IMG/VR virus record: IMGVR_UViG_3300008952_003220
Span: 1 to 64,000 of that record
Reading direction: 5' to 3' (one strand)
DNA: 64,000 nucleotides
From: a virus
A model generated the notes under the pieces. That model searched no databases, was not told where the DNA came from, and was given only the letters and a program-made list of their open reading frames with translations. Below, one piece after another: positions 55,352 to 64,000 of this stretch. Position numbers and translations under genes: made by a program. Position 1 is the stretch's first letter, and each line of letters starts with the position of its first letter.

Positions 55352-57469
55352 ATGAAAGTAAAAGTAAAGAAATCTGCTTTAGTTGACTTTTTAAAAAGTA
55401 AGATTAATGAAGATATCAGCTCAGCTGAGCACAACACAGTTTTAGGAATTGATATAGAGGACGAGGGTCCTATTGAACCAGTTGAGATGATGGCAACACA
55501 GCTTGCAGTTGAAAGACCCCCAGTTGATGACCCTGAGTTTATTCCCGCTTCTATCTCTGAGCTAGCAAACTCTGCGTCTGCAATAGCCCAGGAGTGCCCA
55601 GGGCCTCAGCTTGAGTGGTTTTACAGAAAGCTTCATGAGCTACTTGATGTTGCTCTTGATAGGCAGGATGCAGCAGAAAGAGATGACTCTGTGCTTCATA
55701 GTGAAGAAGAGGAGCTTAAGGATCTTAAGAACGGCGACCTGGCCGAGACTATTGTAAGAAAGTTTCTTAGGGGAAAAATTTTACCAGAGGGTCTAAATAC
55801 AGATCAGCAGGATCTTGTTAATCGGGCTTCAGCCAGGATGCAAAGCATAGAAGATGCAGGCATCATGGCACAGCGGCTAGCAGATTTTTCTGAATTTGAA
55901 GGCATGGATGAGTGGGAGATAAGTACAGAGCTCGAGGATGCCTTTACCTTTGGTGACACACCTCTTAGCCAGCCCAAAGCTGAGCCGAAAATTCAGCCAG
56001 AGCCAGAGCCACAGCCTGAAGAAGCAGAAGATGAAGATATTGATGACGACGGCTATGAAGACCCGCGTGGGCTTGAAGAGCCAATAACGAAGAGCACGAA
56101 AAAATCTAGGGCTATCGAGGATGCTACAGAATTCTTTTTAAAAAATAAGGACAAGTATGTTTTAGATCTATTTCAAATTAGGCTAGGGTCTGGAAGAGAT
56201 GTTGTACCATTTGACGTCAGATTTGCTAAAAACTCGGATGAATCCGAGTCTGTAGTAGATGGTGTTATGCATGATCTTAAAAATACTGGAGCATTTGGAG
56301 ACGATATTGATGATATAAGAGATCACTTAGAGAATTACGTCTTGTCATTCCTCAAGGATCCAGAGAAGGTATTACCACAAGATATACAAATTGGAGATGC
56401 TAACGCAATTGTCGATGCTCTTATTAAAAAGCATGGGGATGCTGATGATCTTGATAAGTTTCTCCAAGACGCAGAGGACGCTGCAGCTCAAGCAGAAGAT
56501 TTTGGGTATACTCCATTTTACATCCGTCTCATAGCTTCAGACTATTATCTTACACGTGACGAACCTGTTGAAGACACAGATGAATATTTTGGTGAAGAGG
56601 GTGAGGAGCTTAGTGATGAAGAGGTGGCTGAGATTAGAAAGAAATTTAGAGAGGAATCTCGACAACAGGCGCTTGATCTTGAATTTAGTCCGGGATCTCT
56701 AGTATTGAGTAACAAAGCTCTGCGGGCTTTAATGGAAGAAATTGCTTCTGATATGGGAACCGGTCTCGGAAACGTCAGAAATGTCGTATATGACGATCTT
56801 AAGATGATGGGAATGGACATGGATATTCTTAAGAAGCGCATGCGCGCCGCGAAGCTTCCGGGAGGTAGAGAGGCAATTCCATCTGTATACGACCCACTTC
56901 TTGTTACAGCAGCAGAGGACATTATAGACAAATCATACGAATTGTTTAGATATAGTCTTGATAGGTATGTTGAAGCTCTTGATCCTGATGAGGCAGCTGA
57001 GTTTGCAAGTGTTTTCAGCAGGGCATATGAACCAGGAATTGAGGGATACATGAGATTGCAAGATATATCCGGCGGTGAAAAGATAGATGATCCTGAGAAC
57101 TTTAGAAGGACGCGAAAGGCTTTTGAGGCAATTCAGATATTTTTAGATGAACTAGCTAAAGAGATGGTTCCAGACTCTCAAAAAGAAGCGAAAGAAGGCG
57201 GAATCAGAGCATTTATGCTTGATATTAAGGACTCTGGCGCACTGGAAGAGGATAGAAGAGATGACTTTGATGAATTCTTGGCAAGGAAAATTAAAAGATT
57301 TGACAGCTTTAAGAGGGATGAAGACTTCTTAATGTCAGCAATTGATACAGCACTTGCCAAGTCAGAAAAGCGTGCAGCAAGATACATTAAACAGCTAGAG
57401 AAAGAAAGGGTCGGCAGAGAGAAAAAACAGATGTCAGAACTTTCTCGATTAATTGATAGTGTTATTTAA
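55352..57469 (+). CDS. Large acidic putative internal head protein
   Basis: MKVKVKKSALVDFLKSKINED; ATAATTA at 55328; PEP/acidic linkers. Confidence 0.65.
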   Translation: MKVKVKKSALVDFLKSKINEDISSAEHNTVLGIDIEDEGPIEPVEMMATQLAVERPPVDDPEFIPASISELANSASAIAQECPGPQLEWFYRKLHELLDVALDRQDAAERDDSVLHSEEEELKDLKNGDLAETIVRKFLRGKILPEGLNTDQQDLVNRASARMQSIEDAGIMAQRLADFSEFEGMDEWEISTELEDAFTFGDTPLSQPKAEPKIQPEPEPQPEEAEDEDIDDDGYEDPRGLEEPITKSTKKSRAIEDATEFFLKNKDKYVLDLFQIRLGSGRDVVPFDVRFAKNSDESESVVDGVMHDLKNTGAFGDDIDDIRDHLENYVLSFLKDPEKVLPQDIQIGDANAIVDALIKKHGDADDLDKFLQDAEDAAAQAEDFGYTPFYIRLIASDYYLTRDEPVEDTDEYFGEEGEELSDEEVAEIRKKFREESRQQALDLEFSPGSLVLSNKALRALMEEIASDMGTGLGNVRNVVYDDLKMMGMDMDILKKRMRAAKLPGGREAIPSVYDPLLVTAAEDIIDKSYELFRYSLDRYVEALDPDEAAEFASVFSRAYEPGIEGYMRLQDISGGEKIDDPENFRRTRKAFEAIQIFLDELAKEMVPDSQKEAKEGGIRAFMLDIKDSGALEEDRRDDFDEFLARKIKRFDSFKRDEDFLMSAIDTALAKSEKRAARYIKQLEKERVGREKKQMSELSRLIDSVI

Positions 57470-57473
57470 TAAT

Positions 57474-57920
57474 ATGAAAAGCTTACTAAATTTCATTGAT
57501 GACAGATTTATTGAAGAGGGTGTAAATAGAGACCCAGGCACATCATCTGTCAGAGGTGTTCTTGGAAGTCTTGTTGAAAGTACAATGCCCCGAGGCTTGC
57601 CGATAGAAGTGGAGACATCTAAGTGGGTGACAAAGTCTAATCCAGAAAGGCTTGTTAGAAGATTTTCATTTGAAAGCTTCGACTCTCTAATGTTTTTTCT
57701 CAATGAGCTATTGGGATATCAAGAAGAAAAGATGCATCACGCTGATATAACTGTTTCTAATAGAGAGATTACAGTGTCTTCATACACACATGATATTGAT
57801 AAGGTAACAGATCTAGATTTATCACTTTCTGGATTTTGCGATGAAATATATGAAGATTTACAGTTTATGAAACTATCAAGAAGACAGGCGCATGAAAGAG
57901 AAATCAACAGTCTTAGTTAG
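57474..57920 (+). CDS. Pterin-4-alpha-carbinolamine dehydratase-like protein
   Basis: W..L.RRFSF, HHADI, YTHD..VTDLD; likely ATG at 57474. Confidence 0.75.
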   Translation: MKSLLNFIDDRFIEEGVNRDPGTSSVRGVLGSLVESTMPRGLPIEVETSKWVTKSNPERLVRRFSFESFDSLMFFLNELLGYQEEKMHHADITVSNREITVSSYTHDIDKVTDLDLSLSGFCDEIYEDLQFMKLSRRQAHEREINSLS

Positions 57921-58269
57921 TGATTCTATATCTGAAAAAGTTGACTTTAATCAATTTTACGATGAAGATCACGAGACGCCTACAGCTATGTGCAGCATAG
58001 AAACTAAGCACTTCGCTATGTCATTTCCAGTTCTTGAGATTATTAAAACACCGGATACTTTAGAAATTTCATTTACACTAAATGTATCTCAGATTAATAG
58101 TATTATTCTTTTAAAAGATGCTGAAAAGATATGCTTAGATGTGGGAAATTCAAAGATAGTCTTTGAAAATTGCAAGATTAATTTATTTTCTTCTTCTGTT
58201 TATCAGGCTAGTGAGCATCTATGTAGGCTAATTGTTGAATCTGATAATATTTATAGCAAAGGAGCTTGA
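57892..58269 (+). CDS. Hypothetical protein
   Basis: 125 aa ORF. Confidence 0.5.
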   Translation: MKEKSTVLVSDSISEKVDFNQFYDEDHETPTAMCSIETKHFAMSFPVLEIIKTPDTLEISFTLNVSQINSIILLKDAEKICLDVGNSKIVFENCKINLFSSSVYQASEHLCRLIVESDNIYSKGA

Positions 58270-58454
58270 GTCAAATGAATTTTAAAAAGTTTATGAACGA
58301 TATTTTAAAAAGAGAGACAGAGCATAAGACAGTTATGAAGGAAAGAATTCTGGAAGAAGAAGAGCTTCCTCAAAGAAGGTATAACAAGTTATATCGAGAA
58401 CACTGGCAAAACTCTGTCTATTTTAGGAGAAAAAATGAGCGACATAAGAATTAA
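58266..58454 (+). CDS. Small hypothetical protein
   Basis: AAGGAG RBS; ATATTTA at 58247. Confidence 0.55.
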   Translation: MSQMNFKKFMNDILKRETEHKTVMKERILEEEELPQRRYNKLYREHWQNSVYFRRKNERHKN

Positions 58455-59181
58455 TACATCAAGAGATCTTGAGAGCTTTCTTAGAATACTAGCTGAAGAG
58501 AGTGTTTCTAACGCTCACAGCGTTATAAAAGAAGATAGATCTCGTGACCCAGCACAAGATCGATATTCAAGAAAGTTGCAAAATAAAGAGATAAAGCATC
58601 TGTCCATGGTAGAACAGGAGGAAGAAGAACTAGAAGACCTTCCAGATCCACAGCGTCAAGAAGGTGAAGAACTACTGCAGCCAGGCTCTGAAGAGAGGGG
58701 AGCTGCTTCCGATGATTCTGATGATCCTGAAGAGGAAAAGACTGCTTCTAGGGCTGCAATACCAGATGATATCAATGATCTCAGACAGGGATATTCAGTT
58801 AAAGATCCAGATGTTAGACCAGAGCTTCAGGCCTATCTTGAAGCACTTGATGATATTGAGATTAAAATTCTTGATAAGTTTTTAGGTGCACTTTCTGGAA
58901 TATTAAACAAGAGAATTAAGGCATCAGCAGCTTCAGATCCGAGTGAGGATTTAGATCTTGACTATGTTGAAAAATCTAAAGAAGGGGAAGGTCCTTCTGA
59001 TGAGCCTGTTGGTGTTTCTGGCCCGGGTGATGCTCCTTCACCCTCACCGCCCGGAATGCCAATGATGGGACCTGGGGATGAAGAAGAAGAGTTTGAAGAC
59101 GTATCTCCACCAGTTAGAGTTGGTTCACCTCAGCAGCTTGCAGAGATTAGAAGAAAAGTTAGAAAGCTTATGAAAATGTAA
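58435..59181 (+). CDS. Acidic putative internal head protein
   Basis: DLESFLRILAEES N-terminus; C-terminal LAEIRRKVRKLM. Confidence 0.65.
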   Translation: MSDIRINTSRDLESFLRILAEESVSNAHSVIKEDRSRDPAQDRYSRKLQNKEIKHLSMVEQEEEELEDLPDPQRQEGEELLQPGSEERGAASDDSDDPEEEKTASRAAIPDDINDLRQGYSVKDPDVRPELQAYLEALDDIEIKILDKFLGALSGILNKRIKASAASDPSEDLDLDYVEKSKEGEGPSDEPVGVSGPGDAPSPSPPGMPMMGPGDEEEEFEDVSPPVRVGSPQQLAEIRRKVRKLMKM

Positions 59182-59236
59182 ATTTACCTTTGTCATAATA
59201 TGATTATCCTAAATATAATTTAATATAGGATTCAAT

Positions 59237-59455
59237 ATGACATCGGAAAATAAATTTAAAGATAAGTCTACAACATACAATATTTTGCTTCCTAACGGTG
59301 AATCCATGGAGCTCAAAGCTACTCCTGAATTTTTTGAAGTCGTAAGAAAGACAATGAATTTATCAATTTTTGAACCTGTAACTGACTCTCATATTAGAAG
59401 ATTTATTTGGGAAAGTTGCAATGAAGCCTTTGACAAACATGAAGGAGCATCCTAA
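59237..59455 (+). CDS. Hypothetical protein
   Basis: 72 aa; ATGTAA-17-TATGAT promoter at 59176. Confidence 0.55.
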   Translation: MTSENKFKDKSTTYNILLPNGESMELKATPEFFEVVRKTMNLSIFEPVTDSHIRRFIWESCNEAFDKHEGAS

Positions 59456-59477
59456 TTAGTTAAAAGGTAATCTTGAT

Positions 59478-59759
59478 ATGAATCCTGGCAAATTAATTAG
59501 ACAGCTCATTAGAGAGTCAATTGCTTCCATGACTGTTTCTCTGTCAGACGGCACAGAAGTTGAGTATGGATCTGAGTCCCACATACAAGAATACGATAGA
59601 ATGATAGGAGATCTTCAGAATATCAAGAAGTCTCTAAGGTCTAGGAAGAATAAAGAGAGTAGAAAAGAAGCAGCTGGCCTACAGAATGCTATTGGGTCAC
59701 TTCGTCATCTTAGAGCTAAGGCTCTTAGAGCTTATACAAAAAGAAATCTTTTAGATTGA
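59478..59759 (+). CDS. Small putative head-associated protein
   Basis: KLIRQLIRES motif; CTAATTA upstream. Confidence 0.55.
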   Translation: MNPGKLIRQLIRESIASMTVSLSDGTEVEYGSESHIQEYDRMIGDLQNIKKSLRSRKNKESRKEAAGLQNAIGSLRHLRAKALRAYTKRNLLD

Positions 59760-59779
59760 TCTATTTTTCATTTACATTC

Positions 59780-59808
59780 ATGTAATTAGCCTTCTTTTAT
59801 GGTATAAT
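59780..59808 (+). promoter_or_regulatory. Sigma70-like promoter of the nucleotidyltransferase operon
   Basis: ATGTAA-17-TATAAT with TGn extension. Confidence 0.72.
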
Positions 59809-59824
59809 ATACCAGGAGGTAACA

Positions 59825-61549
59825 TTGAATGTAGGAATTTTTGCAGGTGGCTTTAAGCCGTTTCATGTCGGTCACTTTTCAAGGCTGTGTCAGTCTGTTA
59901 GAGAGTGTGATAAGACATACATTTTCTATGGTGTTTCGCCTAGAAAGAAGGGATCTGAAGTAACATTCTCTGAGAAGAATGCTCTTCAGGTATTTAATAT
60001 TACAAAACGAGCAATCAATAAAAAATATGGTGACCGGGTCGAGGTCATCAAGTCTACAAATCCAGTCACATCTGTCTATGAGACAATTATTGAAAATCAC
60101 GGTAGTAAAAATACTGTCAGACTATTTGGTAGAGAATCTGACCTTAAGAAATACTATAAGTCTTACATCGGAACTCAAAAAGAAAAAAAGTATTTTGGAA
60201 ACATGCTTTCTGAGAACAGGCTGATCTTTATTGATGATGCTAGCCCGACAATTATTTCAGAATACTTTCCAGATAAAAGTAGCACGCAGCTGAGCCAGTT
60301 AATAGAACTTAGCGGAAGTCAGTTTAGAAAGAATATTGAAGATGCTAAGATTAATGATCTTTTTGACTCTTTGCCTCCAATTCTGTCGCTTAGGGACAAG
60401 ATTGACATCTTGCTAGGTCTTAATCTTTCACTTTCAAATTCTAATACAGTTAGTCACATAGACCACCTTTATGAAATGATTGATCTAACAGTCAACGAAT
60501 TTCATGATCTTATTAACGATGTTGCTAACGGCAGTGTCCAGGACATGCAAGAGAAAATGGATGGTCAAAATCTTACATTTACTTTCTACAATGACCAGAT
60601 CCGATTCCTTACCAAGGGACCAAATATTACGCGTATTTTAAATTCTGCCAAGGGAAGGTCTGAGATCATTGAAGACTATGGTCACATGCCTGAAATAAGA
60701 GATGCTTTTCTTTGGGCAATGGACCTTATTGAGCCTGTGGCTTTAAGTTATTCTCATCTATTTAAAGGGGGTCTTGTCGTCGTTGAAGCAGCTCTTCTTC
60801 ACCATAAGTCTTCTAATACAATTGCTTATGATAAAGATCAGATAAGGATTATTGGACCGAGCACGCCAATTGGAGGTGTTCTATACAACGAAGTCGGGTT
60901 TAAAGAGCTTTTTAAAGATTTAGAAATTAAGACCCAGGGTACAGTCTCAATGGTTCCTGTTATTGATAAGCTTGGAGAGTGTGATTCTCAGTTTTTACAA
61001 TGTATACATGATGAGTTTAGAGATGCTGTCTTTAAAGATGACAAAACAATTCAGGATGTTCTTGTTTCACATGCTGTACAGCACATAAAAAGAGAAACAG
61101 CCTTAAATGACTGTCTGTTGTATCCAGGGGCACTTCGTCTTGTAACAGGTAGTAAATGTCATCTAACTAGGAAAATGTGTAACCAGATAGGCCCAGAGCA
61201 ATGGAAAGTATATAAAGAGATTGAAGCAGATAGAAAGATTCACATGATGATAATTCGAGAGCCGATTGAGTCTTTATTGGTTAAGTTGCATAATAACATT
61301 CAATCCAGAATTACTAGAAATCTAAATTGCACTAATATTAATGAAATTAATTCCTTTATAGATAGAGACATTCATGATCTATCTTGTGAAGAAGAGAAGC
61401 AATGTATTCTCTTTATTAAGAATAGAATTGAAATGCTAGACCATACTGAAGGTATTGTGTTTAAATGGAGAGGAAGGTTGACTAAGCTGACTGGTCATTT
61501 TACCAGGCTAAACAGGGCACGCTGGATTGCCAGGAGAAATCAAAATTGA
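59825..61549 (+). CDS. Fusion: HIGH-motif cytidylyl/adenylyltransferase plus ligase-like (KxDG) nucleotidyltransferase domain
   Basis: GGFKPFHVGH and LSGSQFR; then HIDHLYE, QEKMDGQN, EGIVF, KLTGHF. Confidence 0.7.
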   Translation: MNVGIFAGGFKPFHVGHFSRLCQSVRECDKTYIFYGVSPRKKGSEVTFSEKNALQVFNITKRAINKKYGDRVEVIKSTNPVTSVYETIIENHGSKNTVRLFGRESDLKKYYKSYIGTQKEKKYFGNMLSENRLIFIDDASPTIISEYFPDKSSTQLSQLIELSGSQFRKNIEDAKINDLFDSLPPILSLRDKIDILLGLNLSLSNSNTVSHIDHLYEMIDLTVNEFHDLINDVANGSVQDMQEKMDGQNLTFTFYNDQIRFLTKGPNITRILNSAKGRSEIIEDYGHMPEIRDAFLWAMDLIEPVALSYSHLFKGGLVVVEAALLHHKSSNTIAYDKDQIRIIGPSTPIGGVLYNEVGFKELFKDLEIKTQGTVSMVPVIDKLGECDSQFLQCIHDEFRDAVFKDDKTIQDVLVSHAVQHIKRETALNDCLLYPGALRLVTGSKCHLTRKMCNQIGPEQWKVYKEIEADRKIHMMIIREPIESLLVKLHNNIQSRITRNLNCTNINEINSFIDRDIHDLSCEEEKQCILFIKNRIEMLDHTEGIVFKWRGRLTKLTGHFTRLNRARWIARRNQN

Positions 61550-62223
61550 GTAACAATGTATTTAAGCATCTAGAAGTTGATTTAGTTACGAGGACATCTA
61601 AAAAAGACTGTAACCTAATTGTTAATAATCTAAAAGAGATTCTTGGAGCAAGGGTAATTCCATTTGGGTCTACATGTGAGTGGGAATGGTCTGGAGATGT
61701 CGATGCTGTCGTTGAGTGTAAAAATAAGATGATGCTATGGAATAAGCTTCGTAATAGCTTTAAAGAGGTTAAGAAGTGCGGCAGCCTTTTTTCAATCTTA
61801 TACCATCACAAGCCCACAGGATTTGTTCAGGTTGATCTATTGCCTTCTTCAAATCCAGAGCATGATGCCTGGAGTCTCTCAGGCGGGCTGCCCGGTGGTG
61901 TCAAGGGAAAGTACAGGAACATGGCTCTTTGTTACCTTGCCAAGAAGATGAGCGCTGAGGCTGGGTTTAAGATTACGTTTGCATCTCCCGGGGGTCTTGG
62001 GCAACCAGGAAATAGAATTACAGATCCTCAGTCTATTTTGAACTATCTAAAAGTTCCCTGCGACCCAGAGACAGCAATGTCGCTAGAGGGAATTGTTGAA
62101 TCTCTTGCTAGGGACAATCAGTCTGATCGTCTTGTAGGATTTGATAGCTATATTAGAGGGCCAAAGAATCAAACATCAGAGCAGATAGAGCGTGCAATTA
62201 AATATATAAATGCAATGATCTGA
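61546..62223 (+). CDS. Pol-beta-superfamily nucleotidyltransferase
   Basis: FGST..SGDVDAVV and VQVDL. Confidence 0.7.
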   Translation: MSNNVFKHLEVDLVTRTSKKDCNLIVNNLKEILGARVIPFGSTCEWEWSGDVDAVVECKNKMMLWNKLRNSFKEVKKCGSLFSILYHHKPTGFVQVDLLPSSNPEHDAWSLSGGLPGGVKGKYRNMALCYLAKKMSAEAGFKITFASPGGLGQPGNRITDPQSILNYLKVPCDPETAMSLEGIVESLARDNQSDRLVGFDSYIRGPKNQTSEQIERAIKYINAMI

Positions 62224-62245
62224 GATAATTAATCTAGAGGCCTGC

Positions 62246-63736
62246 ATGAAAGTAAGTGAACTTTATCTACGCCAGCTTGTAAGAGATAGTCTTTTCAAAA
62301 GACTCGTCACTGAAGCTGATGCCGAAGAAGAAGATTTTGAGAGGGAGATGCCTGAAATACTCCCCCCGGAAATATATGAGCCTAGTGAGTCTGTTCAAGG
62401 CGAACCCGACGAGCCAGAGCCTGAAGAAGATTCTAGTGAGGCTGATAAGGTAGTTGTTAATCTATCTACAGCAGCAGGCATGGAGGTTGCAACAGCATTA
62501 ATATCTGCAAATCCAGATAGAGTAAAATATGGTAGAAGGCTAGACAGAGTAGATAGGCTTTATCCTGTAAAGGATCCAGAAAATCCTGTGACGCAGGCTG
62601 AGTTTATTGAGATGATAAAGCGTGCTTTCAAGCCTGAAGCGGGTCACATCTGGACCATTTCAAAAAGAAGCGAGATGTTTGGGTTGCAAAATAAAAGCGG
62701 AAAATTTCCTATCACAGTATTTATTCCACACCCTGACCAAATTGCAAGTGCTAATCCTGGCGAAGCCATTCCGACCATGCTAACTCAGGGAAGGAACGAG
62801 GGTGATGAGTATGAGGAGGCTGCATACACTGAGTTTTCTGAAGCGTCTAAGGGAAGCAAAGTGTCTCCATTGGTTAAGTCTGTAATTGATGGAATATCAA
62901 AAGACAGAGTCAAGAGAGACCTTGACCCTATCGACATCGTGAAATGGAATGTTCGGAGTACAGGAACTGAGAGTACAAAGCTCCCTTTTACAGACGAGGT
63001 CAGGGATGTTGGAGAAACAATATCAGACATAACACTTGAGCGAGGAGATGATAAAGTCTATATCTCGCTTAAGAACAAGAAAGGGTCTACAATAGCTAAC
63101 AGGGGCTATTCAGGAAAGTTTTCATTTAGTGATGATGATTCTGTTGTTTTTAATGTGGATGGCGGTGCAAAGAGGTCGCAGCCTGCTCTTAAGAAAATTG
63201 ATGAATTTTTAAAAGCTCTCGGTGTCAACACAGGTATTGCTGCTAAAGGGTTCCAGGATTACGCTAAGTATAGCACATTAGATGATGAGCAAAAGCTTGA
63301 TCTTGGTAGCGTTGACTATAAATTTAATACACAGCCCGAACTTTTAAAGCTCTTTAAAGACAAGCTGCAAGTAGATGAAGAGAAGGTTAATAATTTTCTT
63401 AGAGCCTCAGTTGGAATGGGATACTACTACGTTAGAGAAGTTTCACCAGGTAAAGCAAAAGTTATTCCGCTATTGACTAGAGAAGAGCTTGATGACTTTG
63501 TCGGTAAGATAGATGTTAACAGCCTTGAGATCTTATACCCAGAGGCAAACAATGATAGACAGTCGAAAGGTATAGAGCTTAAGGTTAAAACGAAGGGCAA
63601 GGAAGATAGACCGTATAAAGCTTTTAAAGTCAGAGTGAGAAATACAGATGGTGAGATTCTTCCCAATAAGATGCAAGTCGATGTTGTCAAAGAGGAGTTC
63701 ATGAGAAAATGGGTCAAGAAATTCCTAAAAAAATAG
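62246..63736 (+). CDS. Putative head-packaged protein with a PD-(D/E)xK-like nuclease domain
   Basis: MKVSELYLRQLVRDSL..LVTE; acidic linker; GDEYE..ISDITL..YISLK; ATAATTA at 62225. Confidence 0.55.
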   Translation: MKVSELYLRQLVRDSLFKRLVTEADAEEEDFEREMPEILPPEIYEPSESVQGEPDEPEPEEDSSEADKVVVNLSTAAGMEVATALISANPDRVKYGRRLDRVDRLYPVKDPENPVTQAEFIEMIKRAFKPEAGHIWTISKRSEMFGLQNKSGKFPITVFIPHPDQIASANPGEAIPTMLTQGRNEGDEYEEAAYTEFSEASKGSKVSPLVKSVIDGISKDRVKRDLDPIDIVKWNVRSTGTESTKLPFTDEVRDVGETISDITLERGDDKVYISLKNKKGSTIANRGYSGKFSFSDDDSVVFNVDGGAKRSQPALKKIDEFLKALGVNTGIAAKGFQDYAKYSTLDDEQKLDLGSVDYKFNTQPELLKLFKDKLQVDEEKVNNFLRASVGMGYYYVREVSPGKAKVIPLLTREELDDFVGKIDVNSLEILYPEANNDRQSKGIELKVKTKGKEDRPYKAFKVRVRNTDGEILPNKMQVDVVKEEFMRKWVKKFLKK

Positions 63737-63984
63737 AGGAGCAGCTTGAGATTGTTGCTTCCTACGCTGGTGATTGTGATGACTGGGTAACCATTAAGAA
63801 AGAAGTGATGCGTGCTCTCCCGCCCACCCTAAGAAAATTTTTTTCCACCAGGGATCCCAGGACAAAGGAGCAGTGGTTAAACCCATTTGAAATGAAGCTC
63901 ATTGAAGCCTATCGAGATATAACTGATACAGTTCTTATTCTTAGAACGCTAGAAGAAAGAAGAGAATTATTTGGTCCACTTTGA
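63709..63984 (+). CDS. Hypothetical protein
   Basis: 91 aa ORF overlapping the upstream gene. Confidence 0.55.
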   Translation: MGQEIPKKIEEQLEIVASYAGDCDDWVTIKKEVMRALPPTLRKFFSTRDPRTKEQWLNPFEMKLIEAYRDITDTVLILRTLEERRELFGPL

Positions 63985-64000
63985 TTTAACTTTCTTAAGA

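Noticed and set aside
55960-56050. CCAGAG/PEP-type short repeats, also near 62400
   Set aside because: These are low-complexity Pro/Glu linkers inside proteins, not DNA-level repeat elements
3106-63717. Numerous antisense or alternate-frame ORFs in the track (e.g. 5903-6313, 29180-29767, 41009-41452, 45259-45726, 56545-57051)
   Set aside because: They lie wholly within confident genes, lack RBSs and motifs, and are explained by codon bias
1-64000. CRISPR arrays, tRNA or rRNA genes, transposases, integrases
   Set aside because: No regularly spaced repeats, cloverleaf-like sequences or recombinase motifs seen by eye; intergenic gaps are short. A tRNAscan/Infernal run would be needed to exclude small RNAs
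1-64000. Stop-codon reassignment, as found in some jumbo phages
   Set aside because: Conserved genes are full length in the standard code, and TAA, TAG and TGA all terminate genes at expected positions
1-64000. Cellular (bacterial or archaeal) chromosome origin suggested by dnaE, dnaJ, recA and clpP
   Set aside because: These genes are interleaved with sheath, tube, baseplate, gp32-like SSB and endolysin genes, and no ribosomal or core metabolic operons are present

Overview
A 64-kb, almost fully coding, mostly plus-strand segment of a large contractile-tailed (distantly T4-like, probably jumbo) dsDNA bacteriophage using the standard genetic code. In order it carries: a tail and baseplate module (1-11.6 kb); a replication and recombination block (compact PolA-like polymerase, HD protein, gp32-like SSB, RecA, 5'-3' exonuclease, DnaB-like helicase, class II RNR); ClpP, endolysin, thioesterase and an MBD4-like glycosylase; fibre-like virion genes; two nucleotide-metabolism clusters flanking dnaJ/dnaE; and many acidic proteins sharing an N-terminal amphipathic motif. 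The best candidate for an undescribed system is a cytosine-substitution or hypermodification pathway. Its core is a dNMP-kinase/minimal thymidylate-synthase fusion carrying the dCMP-specific Asp. It is accompanied by dimeric dCTPase/dUTPase-like enzymes, a Cys-variant ThyX, a deoxyribosyltransferase, an epimerase, a cupin, two sulfotransferase-like genes, the MBD4-like G:T glycosylase and a putatively head-packaged nuclease. Two likely frameshifts, two promoter classes, two probable leaderless genes and an insertion scar are also visible. All assignments come from motif recognition by eye; no database searches were run.
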